Shown: in pieces, positions 30,040 through 39,160 of the stretch | How positions within the stretch are numbered: position 1 is the first letter of the stretch | Layout: the number at the start of each line of letters is the position of its first letter | NCBI GenBank assembly: GCA_035489715.1 | Contig: DATHAP010000168.1 | Coordinates: 1-57,780, forward strand | Length of the DNA stretch: 57,780 bases | DNA from: Actinomycetes bacterium | GTDB taxonomy: Bacteria; Actinomycetota; Actinomycetes; JACCUZ01 | Reading direction: 5' to 3' | Translations under genes and position numbers: made by a program | The notes under the pieces: generated by a model | Told to the model about the DNA's origin: nothing | Databases searched by the model: none | What the model saw: the letters and a program-made list of their open reading frames with translations, nothing else

Positions 30040-32838
30040 ATGTCCGCATCCGCCGCCCGCACCGAGCAGCCCGCCTGGGGCGACGTGGTGCCGGACGTCG
30101 TCGGGCGCACCGACGAGCTCGCGCGGATCGCCGGCTTCGTCACCGACAGCGGACCCGGCACCCGGGTGCTCCTCCTCGACGGGGTCCCCGGCGTCGGCAA
30201 GACGACGCTGTGGGAGGCGGGCGTGACGCTCGCCCGCAAGCACGGCATGCGGGTCATGACGGCTCGGTCGAGCGGCGCCGAGACCGCCCTGTGCTTCTCG
30301 GCGGTGGTCGACCTCTTCGACGAGGTGTCGCTCGACGACCTCGGCGGCCTGCCGCTGCCGCAGCGGCGGGCGCTGGAGGTCGCGCTGCTGCGGGCCGACC
30401 CGGGCGACGAGCCGGCCAACGTCCACGCCATCGGGCTGGGCCTGCTCGGCGCGCTGCGCGCGATGGCCGAGGACGGCGGGCTCCTCGTCGCGCTCGACGA
30501 CGCGCAGTGGATCGACGCCGGGTCGGCGGAGGTCCTCGCGTTCGCGCTGCGCCGACCGGGAACGGCGCCGATCCGGGTGCTGCACGCACGACGCGCCGGG
30601 CCGGTGCCCGACTGGCAGAGCGGCCTGCTGCCGGACGGGCTGGCCCACGTCCAGGTCGGCCCGCAGAGCCTGGGTGCCGTCCGGGCCCTGCTCGCGCAGC
30701 GGCTCGACCTGCGCCTGTCCCGCCACGACCTGCGCCGGGTCCACGAGCTGACCCAGGGCAACCCGCTGTTCGCGCTCGCCGTCGGCCGCACGATCGTGGA
30801 GCAGCAGGCGACCGGGGACCACCTGCCGGTCCCCCGTGACATCGAGGAGCTGCTCGGCACCCGCTTGTCCGCACGGCCCCCGGAGGTGCGGCGGCTGGTC
30901 CTCGCCCTGGCCCTCGACGGCGACCTGCGGGCCGAGGACCTCGGCCGGCTGGTGGGCGACGACGTGCTGGGCGGCGCGGTGGAGTCGGGGGTGGTGGTCG
31001 TCGAGCGCGACCGGGTGCGCCCGGCGCACCCGCTGCTCGCCGCCGCGGCCCGGTCGCTGGCCACCGAGGAGCAGGTCGACGCCCTGCACCTGGAGCTGGC
31101 GGAGGTCCTCGGCGACCAGCAGCAGTGCGCCGTTCACGTGGCCCTCGGGTCGCGGGACCCCGACGGCGACAAGTCCGCGATCGTCGCCTCGGCCGCGGCC
31201 CGCGCCGGCGCCCGCGGCGCCACGCGTGAGGCGGCCGTCCTCGCCGGGCACGCCCTGCGGCTCACCCCGACCAGCTCGCCGGAGCACCCGGACCGGGTCC
31301 TCGACCTCGCGGACAGCCTGCGGATCGTCGGTGACAAGACGGAGATGACCACGCTGGTCGCGGACTCGCTCGCGCCGTCGTGGACACCGGCGCAGCAGGT
31401 GCGCGGCCACCTTCTCCTGGCGAGCGGTGACATCGAGCACAGCGACGACGTCCGCGGGCATCTCGACCGCGCGCTCGCCGCCGGGGGCGACGACCCAGTG
31501 CTGCGGGCGCCGGTCCTGGCCCGGATGGTCGACAACCAGGCGGTCGTCCGGCTGGAGAGGGTCCCCCAGGCGCACGAGCTGGCGCTGCTGGGTGTTGCCG
31601 CCGAGCTGGACCGGGCGGAGCACCGGATGATGGCGCGGCACGCGCTGGCGTGGACCCAGGCGCTGCAGGGGCAGCGGGTGGACATCCCGACCGACCCCCG
31701 TGACGCCGCGGGGTGGGTCCACACCTGGACGCCGGACCGCATCTCCGGCCAGCGGCTGGTCTGGCGGGGCGAGGTCGAGCAGGCCCGGGCGGTCCTGACC
31801 CCGATGCTGCGCTCCGCGGACGAGCAGGGGGCGCCGTGGGCCTACGCGATGCAGCGGCTGCACGTCTGCGAGCTCGAGCTGCGGGTCGGCCGCTGGCTGG
31901 CCGCCGAGGAGCTGCTCGACGAGTGGGCCGACTCCCTGGACAGCCGGCTCCTGCACTGGCCGATGTACGAGCGGTGCCGGGCGCTGGCCGCGGCCGGGGT
32001 CGGCTCGGCCGACGAGGCGCTGCGCTGGGCCGACGAGGCGATCGCCCGCGCCGACGCGACGGGCGTGCGGTGGGACCGGTTCGAGGCGCAGCGCGCCCGC
32101 GCCTCGGTGGCGCTGCTCCGGCACGACTCCGCGTCGGCCGTGCCCGACCTGCTCCCGGTGTGGGAGCACTGCCGGGCGCACGGCATCGCCGACCCCGGCG
32201 TCTTCCCCGTCGCCCCCGACCTGGTCGAGGCGCTGGTCGAGACCGGCGACGTGGACACCGCCGTCGAGGTCACCGACCGGCTCGAGGCGCTCGCCGACGC
32301 GCAGGACCACCCCTGGGCGCGGGTCACCGCGCAGCGGGCCGCGGCGACGGTGCGGCTCTCGTCCGGCACGGTGGACGACTCGGCGACCGCCGACCTGCTC
32401 GAGGCGGCCGACGGACTGGGCGCGCTGGGCCTGCCGTACGACGCCGCGCGCACCCTGCTCTCCCTGGGCCGGGCCCTGCGCCGGGCCCGTCAGTGGGGTG
32501 CCGCGCGGGAGACTCTGGAGACCGCGGCCGCCGCGTTCGACGAGCTCGGGTCCACCGGGTGGTCGGCTGACGCGCGGGAGGAGCTCTCCCGGGTGGGCGC
32601 CCGCAAGCCGGCCGAGGCCGGGGAGCTGACCGCGACCGAGCTGCGGGTGGCCGAGCTGGCCGCGCAGGGGATGGCCAACAAGCAGATCGCCGCCAGCCTG
32701 GTCGTGACGGTCAACACGGTGGAGTTCCACCTCCGCAACACCTACGCAAAGCTGGGCATCCGGTCGCGCTCCCAGCTCGCCGGCCGGCTCGCCACGCCCC
32801 GGGCACCAGAGGGTCCCGGCCAGGGGTCGGCGACCTAA
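30040..32838 (+). CDS. LAL-family regulator (large ATP-binding LuxR-family: AAA/STAND NTPase + TPR-like + LuxR HTH)
   Basis: It has the Walker A motif LLLDGVPGVGKTTL, a long helical repeat region, and the C-terminal HTH LTATELRVAELAAQGMANKQIAASLVVTVNTVEFHLRNTYAKLG. A GAGGGGA SD precedes the start. Confidence 0.9.
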   Translation: MSASAARTEQPAWGDVVPDVVGRTDELARIAGFVTDSGPGTRVLLLDGVPGVGKTTLWEAGVTLARKHGMRVMTARSSGAETALCFSAVVDLFDEVSLDDLGGLPLPQRRALEVALLRADPGDEPANVHAIGLGLLGALRAMAEDGGLLVALDDAQWIDAGSAEVLAFALRRPGTAPIRVLHARRAGPVPDWQSGLLPDGLAHVQVGPQSLGAVRALLAQRLDLRLSRHDLRRVHELTQGNPLFALAVGRTIVEQQATGDHLPVPRDIEELLGTRLSARPPEVRRLVLALALDGDLRAEDLGRLVGDDVLGGAVESGVVVVERDRVRPAHPLLAAAARSLATEEQVDALHLELAEVLGDQQQCAVHVALGSRDPDGDKSAIVASAAARAGARGATREAAVLAGHALRLTPTSSPEHPDRVLDLADSLRIVGDKTEMTTLVADSLAPSWTPAQQVRGHLLLASGDIEHSDDVRGHLDRALAAGGDDPVLRAPVLARMVDNQAVVRLERVPQAHELALLGVAAELDRAEHRMMARHALAWTQALQGQRVDIPTDPRDAAGWVHTWTPDRISGQRLVWRGEVEQARAVLTPMLRSADEQGAPWAYAMQRLHVCELELRVGRWLAAEELLDEWADSLDSRLLHWPMYERCRALAAAGVGSADEALRWADEAIARADATGVRWDRFEAQRARASVALLRHDSASAVPDLLPVWEHCRAHGIADPGVFPVAPDLVEALVETGDVDTAVEVTDRLEALADAQDHPWARVTAQRAAATVRLSSGTVDDSATADLLEAADGLGALGLPYDAARTLLSLGRALRRARQWGAARETLETAAAAFDELGSTGWSADAREELSRVGARKPAEAGELTATELRVAELAAQGMANKQIAASLVVTVNTVEFHLRNTYAKLGIRSRSQLAGRLATPRAPEGPGQGSAT

Positions 32839-32891
32839 CACTCAGGGTTTCCGTAGTTTCGCCGCGCGGCGCCGGCCCGCACGGTGGACAC

Positions 32892-33152
32892 ATGACCGAG
32901 TTCCTCGTCGAGCTGTACCGCTCACACACCGAGACCCAGGCCGCGGCCGCCGACGGCGAGCGGGCCCGGCTGGCCGCCGAGACCCTGACCGGGTCCGGCC
33001 GGGCGGTGCGTCTGGTGCGCTCTTTCTTCGTCCCCCACGACGAGACCTGCTTCCTGCTCTACGAGGCCGACTCCGCGGACCACGTCCGCACCGCCATGGC
33101 CCTCGCAGGCCTGCCCTGCGACGAGGTCCACGAGACCACCGGAGAAGCCTGA
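32892..33152 (+). CDS. Small alpha/beta protein, DUF4242-like (tentative)
   Basis: This 86-aa protein has VRLVRSFFVPHDETCFLLYEADSADHV, which resembles the DUF4242/SCO4226-like pattern. The assignment is from memory only. Confidence 0.6.
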   Translation: MTEFLVELYRSHTETQAAAADGERARLAAETLTGSGRAVRLVRSFFVPHDETCFLLYEADSADHVRTAMALAGLPCDEVHETTGEA

Positions 33153-33751
33153 TGTCCTTTCCGCCCGCCCTTTCCCACCGGCCCGCGCCCCTGCGTCGGG
33201 CCGTCCTCGCCACTGTCGCCGCGCTGGCCGCGGCCCCGGTCGTCCTGGGCGCGGCACCCGCCCACGCCGGGCCGGCCGGGCCGGAGGTCCCGTCGACGAT
33301 CGACGTCGTCGGGGACTTCAAGCCCTACCTCGTCGGCCACGCGGTCGGCTGGCAGGTCCACACCTGCGTCGCCACAGAGACCGGCTACGGCTGGCGCTTC
33401 GACGGGCCGGACGCCGTCGTCTACGACGACAACGGCAAAGCGCTCGCCGACCACAAGCCCGGCCCGAGGTGGATCGCCCGCGACGACAGCTCCGTCGTCG
33501 GTGCCGTCGTCGACCGGGCCGTCGTCTCGCCGACCGCGATCCCCTGGCTGCTGCTGCGCGCCACGCCGGACCCCAACGGTCCGGCGGATGGCCGGTTGTC
33601 CGCGACCACGCACATCCAGCGCATCGCGACCACCGGCGGGCTGACGCCTGCCGCGTCCGAGTGCACCGCCGCCGCCGCCTCCGTCCCCGAGACGCGCTAC
33701 GTGCCCTACACCGCCGACTACGTCTTCTGGAAGGCGGCCGGCCGGTCCTGA
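33152..33751 (+). CDS. Secreted DUF3455 domain-containing protein
   Basis: A signal peptide is followed by GWQVHTC, PRWIARDDSSVVG, IPWLLLRA, IQRIATTGGLTP and VPYTADYVFW. Its ATG overlaps the upstream TGA (TGATG) and is preceded by a GGAGAAG SD. Confidence 0.8.
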   Translation: MSFPPALSHRPAPLRRAVLATVAALAAAPVVLGAAPAHAGPAGPEVPSTIDVVGDFKPYLVGHAVGWQVHTCVATETGYGWRFDGPDAVVYDDNGKALADHKPGPRWIARDDSSVVGAVVDRAVVSPTAIPWLLLRATPDPNGPADGRLSATTHIQRIATTGGLTPAASECTAAAASVPETRYVPYTADYVFWKAAGRS

Positions 33752-33837
33752 CCCGCCGGCGGTCGAGGCCACCGGCCCCAGCCACCGCATCACGCATCAC
33801 CCACATCCATCACGCACAACGGAAAGGCTCAACCACC

Positions 33838-34662
33838 ATGACCATCACGACTCACACTCCCGACCTGGCGGCCGTCAAGGCCAAGCAGCAGCAGATGTGG
33901 GCCAGCGGGGACTTCCACGTGATCGCCGCGATCATCCAGCCCACCGCCGAGCAGCTCGTAGACTCCGCCGACCTGCACGCCGGCATGCGCGTGCTCGACG
34001 TCGCCACGGGGAGCGGCAACGCCGCGATCGCCGCAGCGCGCCTCGGCTGCGCTGTCGAGGGCGTCGACTACGTGCCTGAGCTGCTCGAGCGCGGACGACT
34101 CAGAGCGGCCGCCGAGGGCTACGACATCCGGTTCGTCGAGGGCGACGCCGAGGCGCTGCCCTACGCGGAGGGCCAGTTCGACGCGGTCACGACCATCTTC
34201 GGATCGATGTTCGCGCCGGACCACCGGCAGGCCGCCGCGGAGCTGGTCCGGGTGACCCGGCCGGGCGGCAGGATCGCCGTCGCGAGCTGGACCCCCGAGG
34301 GATTCATCGGCCAGCTGCTCAAGACCGTCGGCAAGCACGTGCCGCCGCCCGCGGGCGTGCAGTCGCCGATCCTGTGGGGCACCGAGTCCCACCTGCAGGA
34401 GATCTTCGGCTCGGGCATCTCGTCGCTCTCGGTCACCGAGCGCACGTTCACCTGGCGCTTCACCTCGGCGCAGGCGCTCGTCGACACGTTCCGTACCTGG
34501 TACGGCCCGACCTACAAAGCCTTCGCCGCTCTCGACGAGGCCGCAGCGCAGGCCCTGGAGGCCGACATCGTCGCGCTGGCCACGACGTACGACCGGCTCG
34601 GCGACGCCGACGCCATCGCGGTGCCGGCGACCTACCTCGAGGCGGTCGCGGTCCGGAGCTGA
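33838..34662 (+). CDS. Class I SAM-dependent methyltransferase
   Basis: It has VLDVATGSGNAAIAAA (motif I) and FDAVTTIFGSMF. I trimmed the 397-aa ORF to ATG 33838, which has a GGAAAGG SD. Confidence 0.88.
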   Translation: MTITTHTPDLAAVKAKQQQMWASGDFHVIAAIIQPTAEQLVDSADLHAGMRVLDVATGSGNAAIAAARLGCAVEGVDYVPELLERGRLRAAAEGYDIRFVEGDAEALPYAEGQFDAVTTIFGSMFAPDHRQAAAELVRVTRPGGRIAVASWTPEGFIGQLLKTVGKHVPPPAGVQSPILWGTESHLQEIFGSGISSLSVTERTFTWRFTSAQALVDTFRTWYGPTYKAFAALDEAAAQALEADIVALATTYDRLGDADAIAVPATYLEAVAVRS

Positions 34663-34703
34663 CCCGGCGCCCGTTGCCCGAGCGACGCACGCAGGAGGGG
34701 AGG

Positions 34704-34733
34704 GGCCGGCGTCCCGGGGACGGGACGCCGGCC
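34704..34733. terminator. Bidirectional hairpin terminator between convergent methyltransferase and SGNH hydrolase genes
   Basis: A perfect 13-bp stem (GGCCGGCGTCCCG / CGGGACGCCGGCC) closes a GGGA tetraloop. Confidence 0.65.
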
Positions 34734-34760
34734 TCCGTCCACAAGGCGCTCGGAGAGCCG

Positions 34761-35597
34761 CTACCAGCCGGTGGCCGCCGACACCTTCGACCAGGTCACC
34801 GAGGCGAGCACCGCCTGGCCCGAGGTGTTGGGGTGGAAGTAGTCCCAGGTGCTGAGCTGACCGAGGCTGAACTGGTAGCCGAAGACGGCGTTGCCGTCGA
34901 AGACGCAGCCGGCGAGCGCGGCGCACTCCTGCGCCAGCACGGTGTTGTAGTCGACCACCCGCTGGCGCACGAACGCCCGGCGGTCGACGTCGGCCTGCTG
35001 CGTCGACGTGGGGTTCCTGAGCATCGACTGGCAGATGCCGTAGACCGCCCAGGCGAGGCGGGCCGACGAGCTGGACTTGCCCACCTGCCAGAGCTGGTAG
35101 ATGTTCGGGATCGACGAGACGAAGATCGTCCGGACCCCGCCGTTGGCCAGGGTCTGCAGACCGGTCCGGGCGCTGGCCCGGAAGGTGTCCACGCTGGTCA
35201 TGGTGCTCGCCGACGACGTACACGCGTCGTTGGCGCCGAGGAGCACCGTGGCGTACTTCACGCCCTGCGACACGGCGGTGCTCGCCTGGCCGGGCAGCGC
35301 GCCGATCTTCGCGCCGGTCTTGGCGTCGTTGTACGCCGCCAGCGACCGCACCGCGGCCAGCCGCCGGTAGTGGCTGTTGACGCTGGAGTAGCTGCCCGTG
35401 GACCACGAGCGGGCGGTGCAGTCGAAGTAGAACCCGCACGCGTTGAACCCGCGGGTGATCGAGTCGCCCAGGGATGCCATCTTGGTCGGCCGGTCCACGG
35501 CCGCCTGGGCCGGCCCGGCCGGTGCGACACCGATCCCCACCAGCAGCGCGGTCACGGCCAGAGAGGCCACCAGGAAACGAAGCCGAGCCGTCATCAT
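34761..35597 (-). CDS. Secreted SGNH/GDSL family hydrolase (lipase/esterase)
   Basis: It has a signal peptide, block I MASLGDSITRG, LLGANDAC, and the C-terminal DYFHPN (DxxH). Confidence 0.85.
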   Translation of the reverse strand: MMTARLRFLVASLAVTALLVGIGVAPAGPAQAAVDRPTKMASLGDSITRGFNACGFYFDCTARSWSTGSYSSVNSHYRRLAAVRSLAAYNDAKTGAKIGALPGQASTAVSQGVKYATVLLGANDACTSSASTMTSVDTFRASARTGLQTLANGGVRTIFVSSIPNIYQLWQVGKSSSSARLAWAVYGICQSMLRNPTSTQQADVDRRAFVRQRVVDYNTVLAQECAALAGCVFDGNAVFGYQFSLGQLSTWDYFHPNTSGQAVLASVTWSKVSAATGW

Positions 35598-35692
35598 GAC
35601 CTCCGGGCGTGCTCTGCCGCCGACCGTTCGACGGCACGCTGACCGACGGTGCCCCGCAGGGGTTCCGGCTAACCCTGCACGGGCAGGCTGTT

Positions 35693-35710
35693 GTTACCGA
35701 TGAGTAGCAT
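35693..35710 (+). promoter_or_regulatory. Operator/promoter motif GTTACCGATGAGTAGCAT upstream of the Fe-S reductase gene (site A)
   Basis: This is an AT-rich island in GC-rich DNA, nearly identical to two sites upstream of the acyl-CoA dehydrogenase gene (53803 and 53828). It contains a TAGCAT -10-like hexamer 52 nt before the start codon. Confidence 0.55.
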
Positions 35711-35762
35711 CGGGCGAGCCCTACGCTGACGCCAGCGTCGGGGGACGGATCGGGAGGACTCC

Positions 35763-38051
35763 TTGGTACGGCTCGTGCTCGGCCTGGCCATGACCCTCGC
35801 GGCGCTGGCGATCGCCGGCCGGCGGGTGCACTACCTCTACCGGCTGGTCTCGTCCGGGCAGCCCGCACCGGGACGCCTGGACGGCATCGGGCAGCGCGCC
35901 AAGGACCAGCTGCGCGAGGTGTTCGGCCAGCGCAAGCTGCTGCAGTGGTCGGTGCCCGGGCTGGCGCACTTCTTCACGTTCTGGGCGTTCATCGTGCTGG
36001 CCGCGACGATCCTCGAGGCGTACGGCGCGCTGTTCGACCGCGACTTCGCGATCCCGGTCGTCGGGCACTGGGCGCTGCTGGGCTTCCTCGAGGACTTCTT
36101 CGCCGTCGCGGTGCTGGTGTCGCTGGCGACCTTCGCGGTGATCCGGCTGCGGCAGGCACCCGCGCGCAAGCAGCGCGACTCCCGGTTCTACGGGTCGCAC
36201 ACCGGTGCCGCATGGCTCGTGCTCTTCATGATCTTCAACGTCATCTGGACGCTGCTGCTCTACCGCGGCGCGCAGATCAACACCGGCGTCTTCCCGTTCC
36301 AGGAGGACGGCTGGTGGGCCTTCGCGTCCAAGGCGACCGCCGAGGTCCTCGAGCCGCTGGGCGAGGACGCCAACGAGGTGCTCGAGACGGTCGGCATCCT
36401 GCTGCAGATAGGTGTGGTGCTCGGCTTCCTCGTGCTGGTCGTCTACTCCAAGCACCTGCACATCTTCATCGCGCCGCTCAACGTGCTGACCAAGCGCGAG
36501 CCGAAGGCGCTCGGCCCCCTGCTGCCGATGATGGTCGACGGCAAGCCGATCGACTTCGACAACATCGACGAGCTCGACGAGGACACCGCCTTCGGCCGCG
36601 GGAAGGTCGAGGACTTCACCTGGAAGGGCATGCTCGACTTCGCTACCTGCACCGAGTGCGGCCGCTGCCAGTCTCAGTGCCCGGCCTGGAACACCGGCAA
36701 GCCGCTGTCGCCGAAGCTGGTGATCATGGACCTGCGGGACCACCTCTTCGCCAAGGGCCCGGCCATCCTCTCGACGAACGGGCACGGCGCCGACGGAGCC
36801 GCCGTGACAGGAATCGACGAGGCGGGGCCGGAGGCGGCGAAGCCCGGCGCCTCGCACCACGGCGTCCCCGAGTCCGGCTTCGGCCGGGTGGCGGGGTCCG
36901 GCCAGCCGCAGGTGGACCGGCCGCTGGTCGGCACCGCCGAGGAGGGCGGCGTCATCGACCCTGACGTCCTGTGGTCGTGCACCACCTGTGGGGCGTGCGT
37001 CGAGCAGTGCCCGGTCGACATCGAGCACGTCGACCATATCCTCGACATGCGCCGGTTCCAGGTGCTCGTCGAGTCGTCGTTCCCGAGCGAGGCCGGGACG
37101 ATGCTGAAGAATCTCGAGAACAAGGGCAACCCATGGGGCATGGGCGCCAAGGCCCGCCTCGACTGGACGCGGGGGCTGCCCTTCGACGTGCCGGTCTTCG
37201 GCGAGGACGTCGAGGACCTCGCCGAGGTCGACTACCTCTACTGGGTCGGCTGCGCCGGTGCGCTGGAGGACCGGGCCAAGAAGACCACCCGCGCCTTCGC
37301 CGAGCTGCTGCACATCGCCGGCGTGAGGTTCGCCGTCCTGGGCGAGAACGAGGCCTGCTCGGGCGACCCGGCGCGCCGCCTGGGCAACGAGTTCGTCTTC
37401 CAGATGCTGGCCCAGCAGAACGTCGAGGTGCTCAACGAGGCCGGTGCACAGCGCACCGTCATCGTCGCCAGCTGCCCGCACTGCTTCAACTCGCTGTCCC
37501 GCGAGTACCCGCAGCTCGGCGGCGACTACGAGGTCGTCCACCACACCCAGCTGCTCAACCACCTGGTCGAGGAGGGCCGGCTCACCCCGGTGACGCCGAT
37601 CGACCAGCTGGTGACCTACCACGACCCGTGCTACCTGGGCCGGCACAACAAGGTCTACGCGCCGCCGCGCGAGATCCTGGCCAACGTGCCATCCCTGCGG
37701 ACCCAGGAGATGCACCGCTGCAAGGAGCGCGGCTTCTGCTGCGGCGCCGGCGGCGCGCGGATGTGGATGGAGGAGAAGATCGGCAAGCGGGTCAACGTCG
37801 AGCGGGTCGACGAGGCGCTGGCCCTCGACCCCGACGTGGTCTCGACGGCCTGCCCCTTCTGCCTCGTCATGCTCGGTGACGCGGTGACCGCCAAGAAGCA
37901 GGACGGCAGCGCCCGCGAGGACGTGCAGGTCGTCGACGTCTCCCAGCTGCTACTGCAGTCGGTGCAGCGCAACATCACCGTGGTGCCGGTGGGCGGCTCA
38001 GGTGGCGAAGCGGTCGCTGAGCACCCGGACGACGGGCCAGGCGCCGTCTGA
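35763..38051 (+). CDS. Membrane-anchored (Fe-S)-binding reductase, heterodisulfide reductase/GlpC-like (Rv0338c-like)
   Basis: The N-terminal domain is polytopic. It has two 4Fe-4S motifs (CTECGRCQSQCP and CTTCGACVEQCP) and two CCG-type Cys-rich domains. The TTG start at 35763 has a GGGAGGA SD. Confidence 0.9.
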   Translation: MVRLVLGLAMTLAALAIAGRRVHYLYRLVSSGQPAPGRLDGIGQRAKDQLREVFGQRKLLQWSVPGLAHFFTFWAFIVLAATILEAYGALFDRDFAIPVVGHWALLGFLEDFFAVAVLVSLATFAVIRLRQAPARKQRDSRFYGSHTGAAWLVLFMIFNVIWTLLLYRGAQINTGVFPFQEDGWWAFASKATAEVLEPLGEDANEVLETVGILLQIGVVLGFLVLVVYSKHLHIFIAPLNVLTKREPKALGPLLPMMVDGKPIDFDNIDELDEDTAFGRGKVEDFTWKGMLDFATCTECGRCQSQCPAWNTGKPLSPKLVIMDLRDHLFAKGPAILSTNGHGADGAAVTGIDEAGPEAAKPGASHHGVPESGFGRVAGSGQPQVDRPLVGTAEEGGVIDPDVLWSCTTCGACVEQCPVDIEHVDHILDMRRFQVLVESSFPSEAGTMLKNLENKGNPWGMGAKARLDWTRGLPFDVPVFGEDVEDLAEVDYLYWVGCAGALEDRAKKTTRAFAELLHIAGVRFAVLGENEACSGDPARRLGNEFVFQMLAQQNVEVLNEAGAQRTVIVASCPHCFNSLSREYPQLGGDYEVVHHTQLLNHLVEEGRLTPVTPIDQLVTYHDPCYLGRHNKVYAPPREILANVPSLRTQEMHRCKERGFCCGAGGARMWMEEKIGKRVNVERVDEALALDPDVVSTACPFCLVMLGDAVTAKKQDGSAREDVQVVDVSQLLLQSVQRNITVVPVGGSGGEAVAEHPDDGPGAV

Positions 38052-39011
38052 CCAGTTCGAGATGACCGTGCAGGTGGTCGCGGACGACGGCCAGTGCAGG
38101 CTCGCGAACGAGACGCCCGCGTCGTACCCCTCGAGGAAGATCCCGTCCCCCGTCGGCTGCAGGTGGAGCCCGAGGCCGTAGCGGCGGGACTCCTCCGGCC
38201 AGTCGCTGTGCGGTCGGACCATCTCGGCCAGCGACGCCGGCGAGACGACCCGGCCCGCGAGCAGCGCCTCCCAGAAGGCGCTGACATCGGCAGCGGTCGA
38301 GTAGACGCCACCGTCGCCGCTGCCGCGCACCGGGAGGTGGAGCACGTTCGTCCTCAGGCCCTCCACCGAGAGGTAGCCGACGGCAGCGCGTCCGGGGAGC
38401 TCGTCGGAGCGCAGGAACGCGGTGTCGACCATGCCCGCCGGCTCGCAGACGAGAGTGCGCACCAAGGCGTGGTAGTCCTCGTCGGCCGCGCGTTCGGCCA
38501 GCACGGCGAGCAGGACGTAGCCGGCGTTGTTGTAGGCGAACCGCTCGCCGGCCGGGGACACCGTGCGGTGCCCGGCCAGGACCGGGAGGTAGTCCTCGGT
38601 CGTCGCGAGCTGGTGCACCGGCACCCGCAGCACGTGGTCGCGGACATCGACAGCGGCCTCGTCGAGGTAGTCGCCGATCCCGGACCGGTGCGACAGCAGG
38701 TGCCGGACGGTCACGTCGTCGGCGACCAGCGGCAGGTCGTCGCGCAGCAGCGAACGGGCGGTGGTCCCGAGCGCTAGGCTCCCCCGCTCGACCAGAGCCA
38801 TCACCACCAGCGCGGTCAGGGTCTTGGCCCCGCTCGCCGTGGCGAACAGGGTGTCGACGGTGTTGGGGACCTCGTGGGCCCGGTCGGCGAGCCCGTACGC
38901 CGTGCAGAGCTCGGTGCGGCCCGAGCGGTCCACCCGGACCACGCCGGAGAACCCGGCGTCCTCCGCCGCCCTGTCCACCGCGTCCTGCACCGACTGCACG
39001 GGCTGCGCCAC
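37998..39011 (-). CDS. Serine hydrolase, class C beta-lactamase/DD-peptidase-like
   Basis: It has the SxxK motif ATASGAKT and the YxN motif FAYNNAGY. Its 3' end overlaps the convergent Fe-S reductase gene by 54 nt. Confidence 0.88.
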   Translation of the reverse strand: MAQPVQSVQDAVDRAAEDAGFSGVVRVDRSGRTELCTAYGLADRAHEVPNTVDTLFATASGAKTLTALVVMALVERGSLALGTTARSLLRDDLPLVADDVTVRHLLSHRSGIGDYLDEAAVDVRDHVLRVPVHQLATTEDYLPVLAGHRTVSPAGERFAYNNAGYVLLAVLAERAADEDYHALVRTLVCEPAGMVDTAFLRSDELPGRAAVGYLSVEGLRTNVLHLPVRGSGDGGVYSTAADVSAFWEALLAGRVVSPASLAEMVRPHSDWPEESRRYGLGLHLQPTGDGIFLEGYDAGVSFASLHWPSSATTCTVISNWSDGAWPVVRVLSDRFAT

Positions 39012-39040
39012 GTCGTCACTATCCCGCTCGAGGCGCCCGG

Positions 39041-39058
39041 GGTGGTGCTGGCACCACC
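39041..39058. promoter_or_regulatory. Perfect 8-2-8 palindrome GGTGGTGC-TG-GCACCACC in the divergent serine hydrolase/ABC transporter spacer
   Basis: The palindrome is seen directly in the sequence, 30 nt upstream of the hydrolase start. It is a candidate operator for an unidentified dimeric regulator. Confidence 0.35.
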
Positions 39059-39160
39059 TGAAGCCTCCGGCCAGCAGGGTCGTGCGCCCGGGGCGGGCGC
39101 GGCGAGGGTGGTGGCGGCCGGCAAGCCCGTCGGCTTCGACCGCCGTGCAGGAGCCGTCCG

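Noticed and set aside
33789-33818. CA-rich direct repeats (CATCACGCA twice) upstream of the second methyltransferase, considered as a separate regulatory feature.
   Set aside because: There are only two short copies and no symmetry. They are mentioned within the LAL-module finding but are too weak to list as a feature.
37998-38051. Convergent 3'-end overlaps: the Fe-S reductase and serine hydrolase genes overlap by 54 nt, the DAG-kinase and PLD genes by 26 nt at 639-664, and the aminotransferase and SDR genes by 26 nt at 17989-18014.
   Set aside because: Short convergent overlaps are common in compact high-GC genomes and need no special explanation. They may also partly reflect late stop codons.
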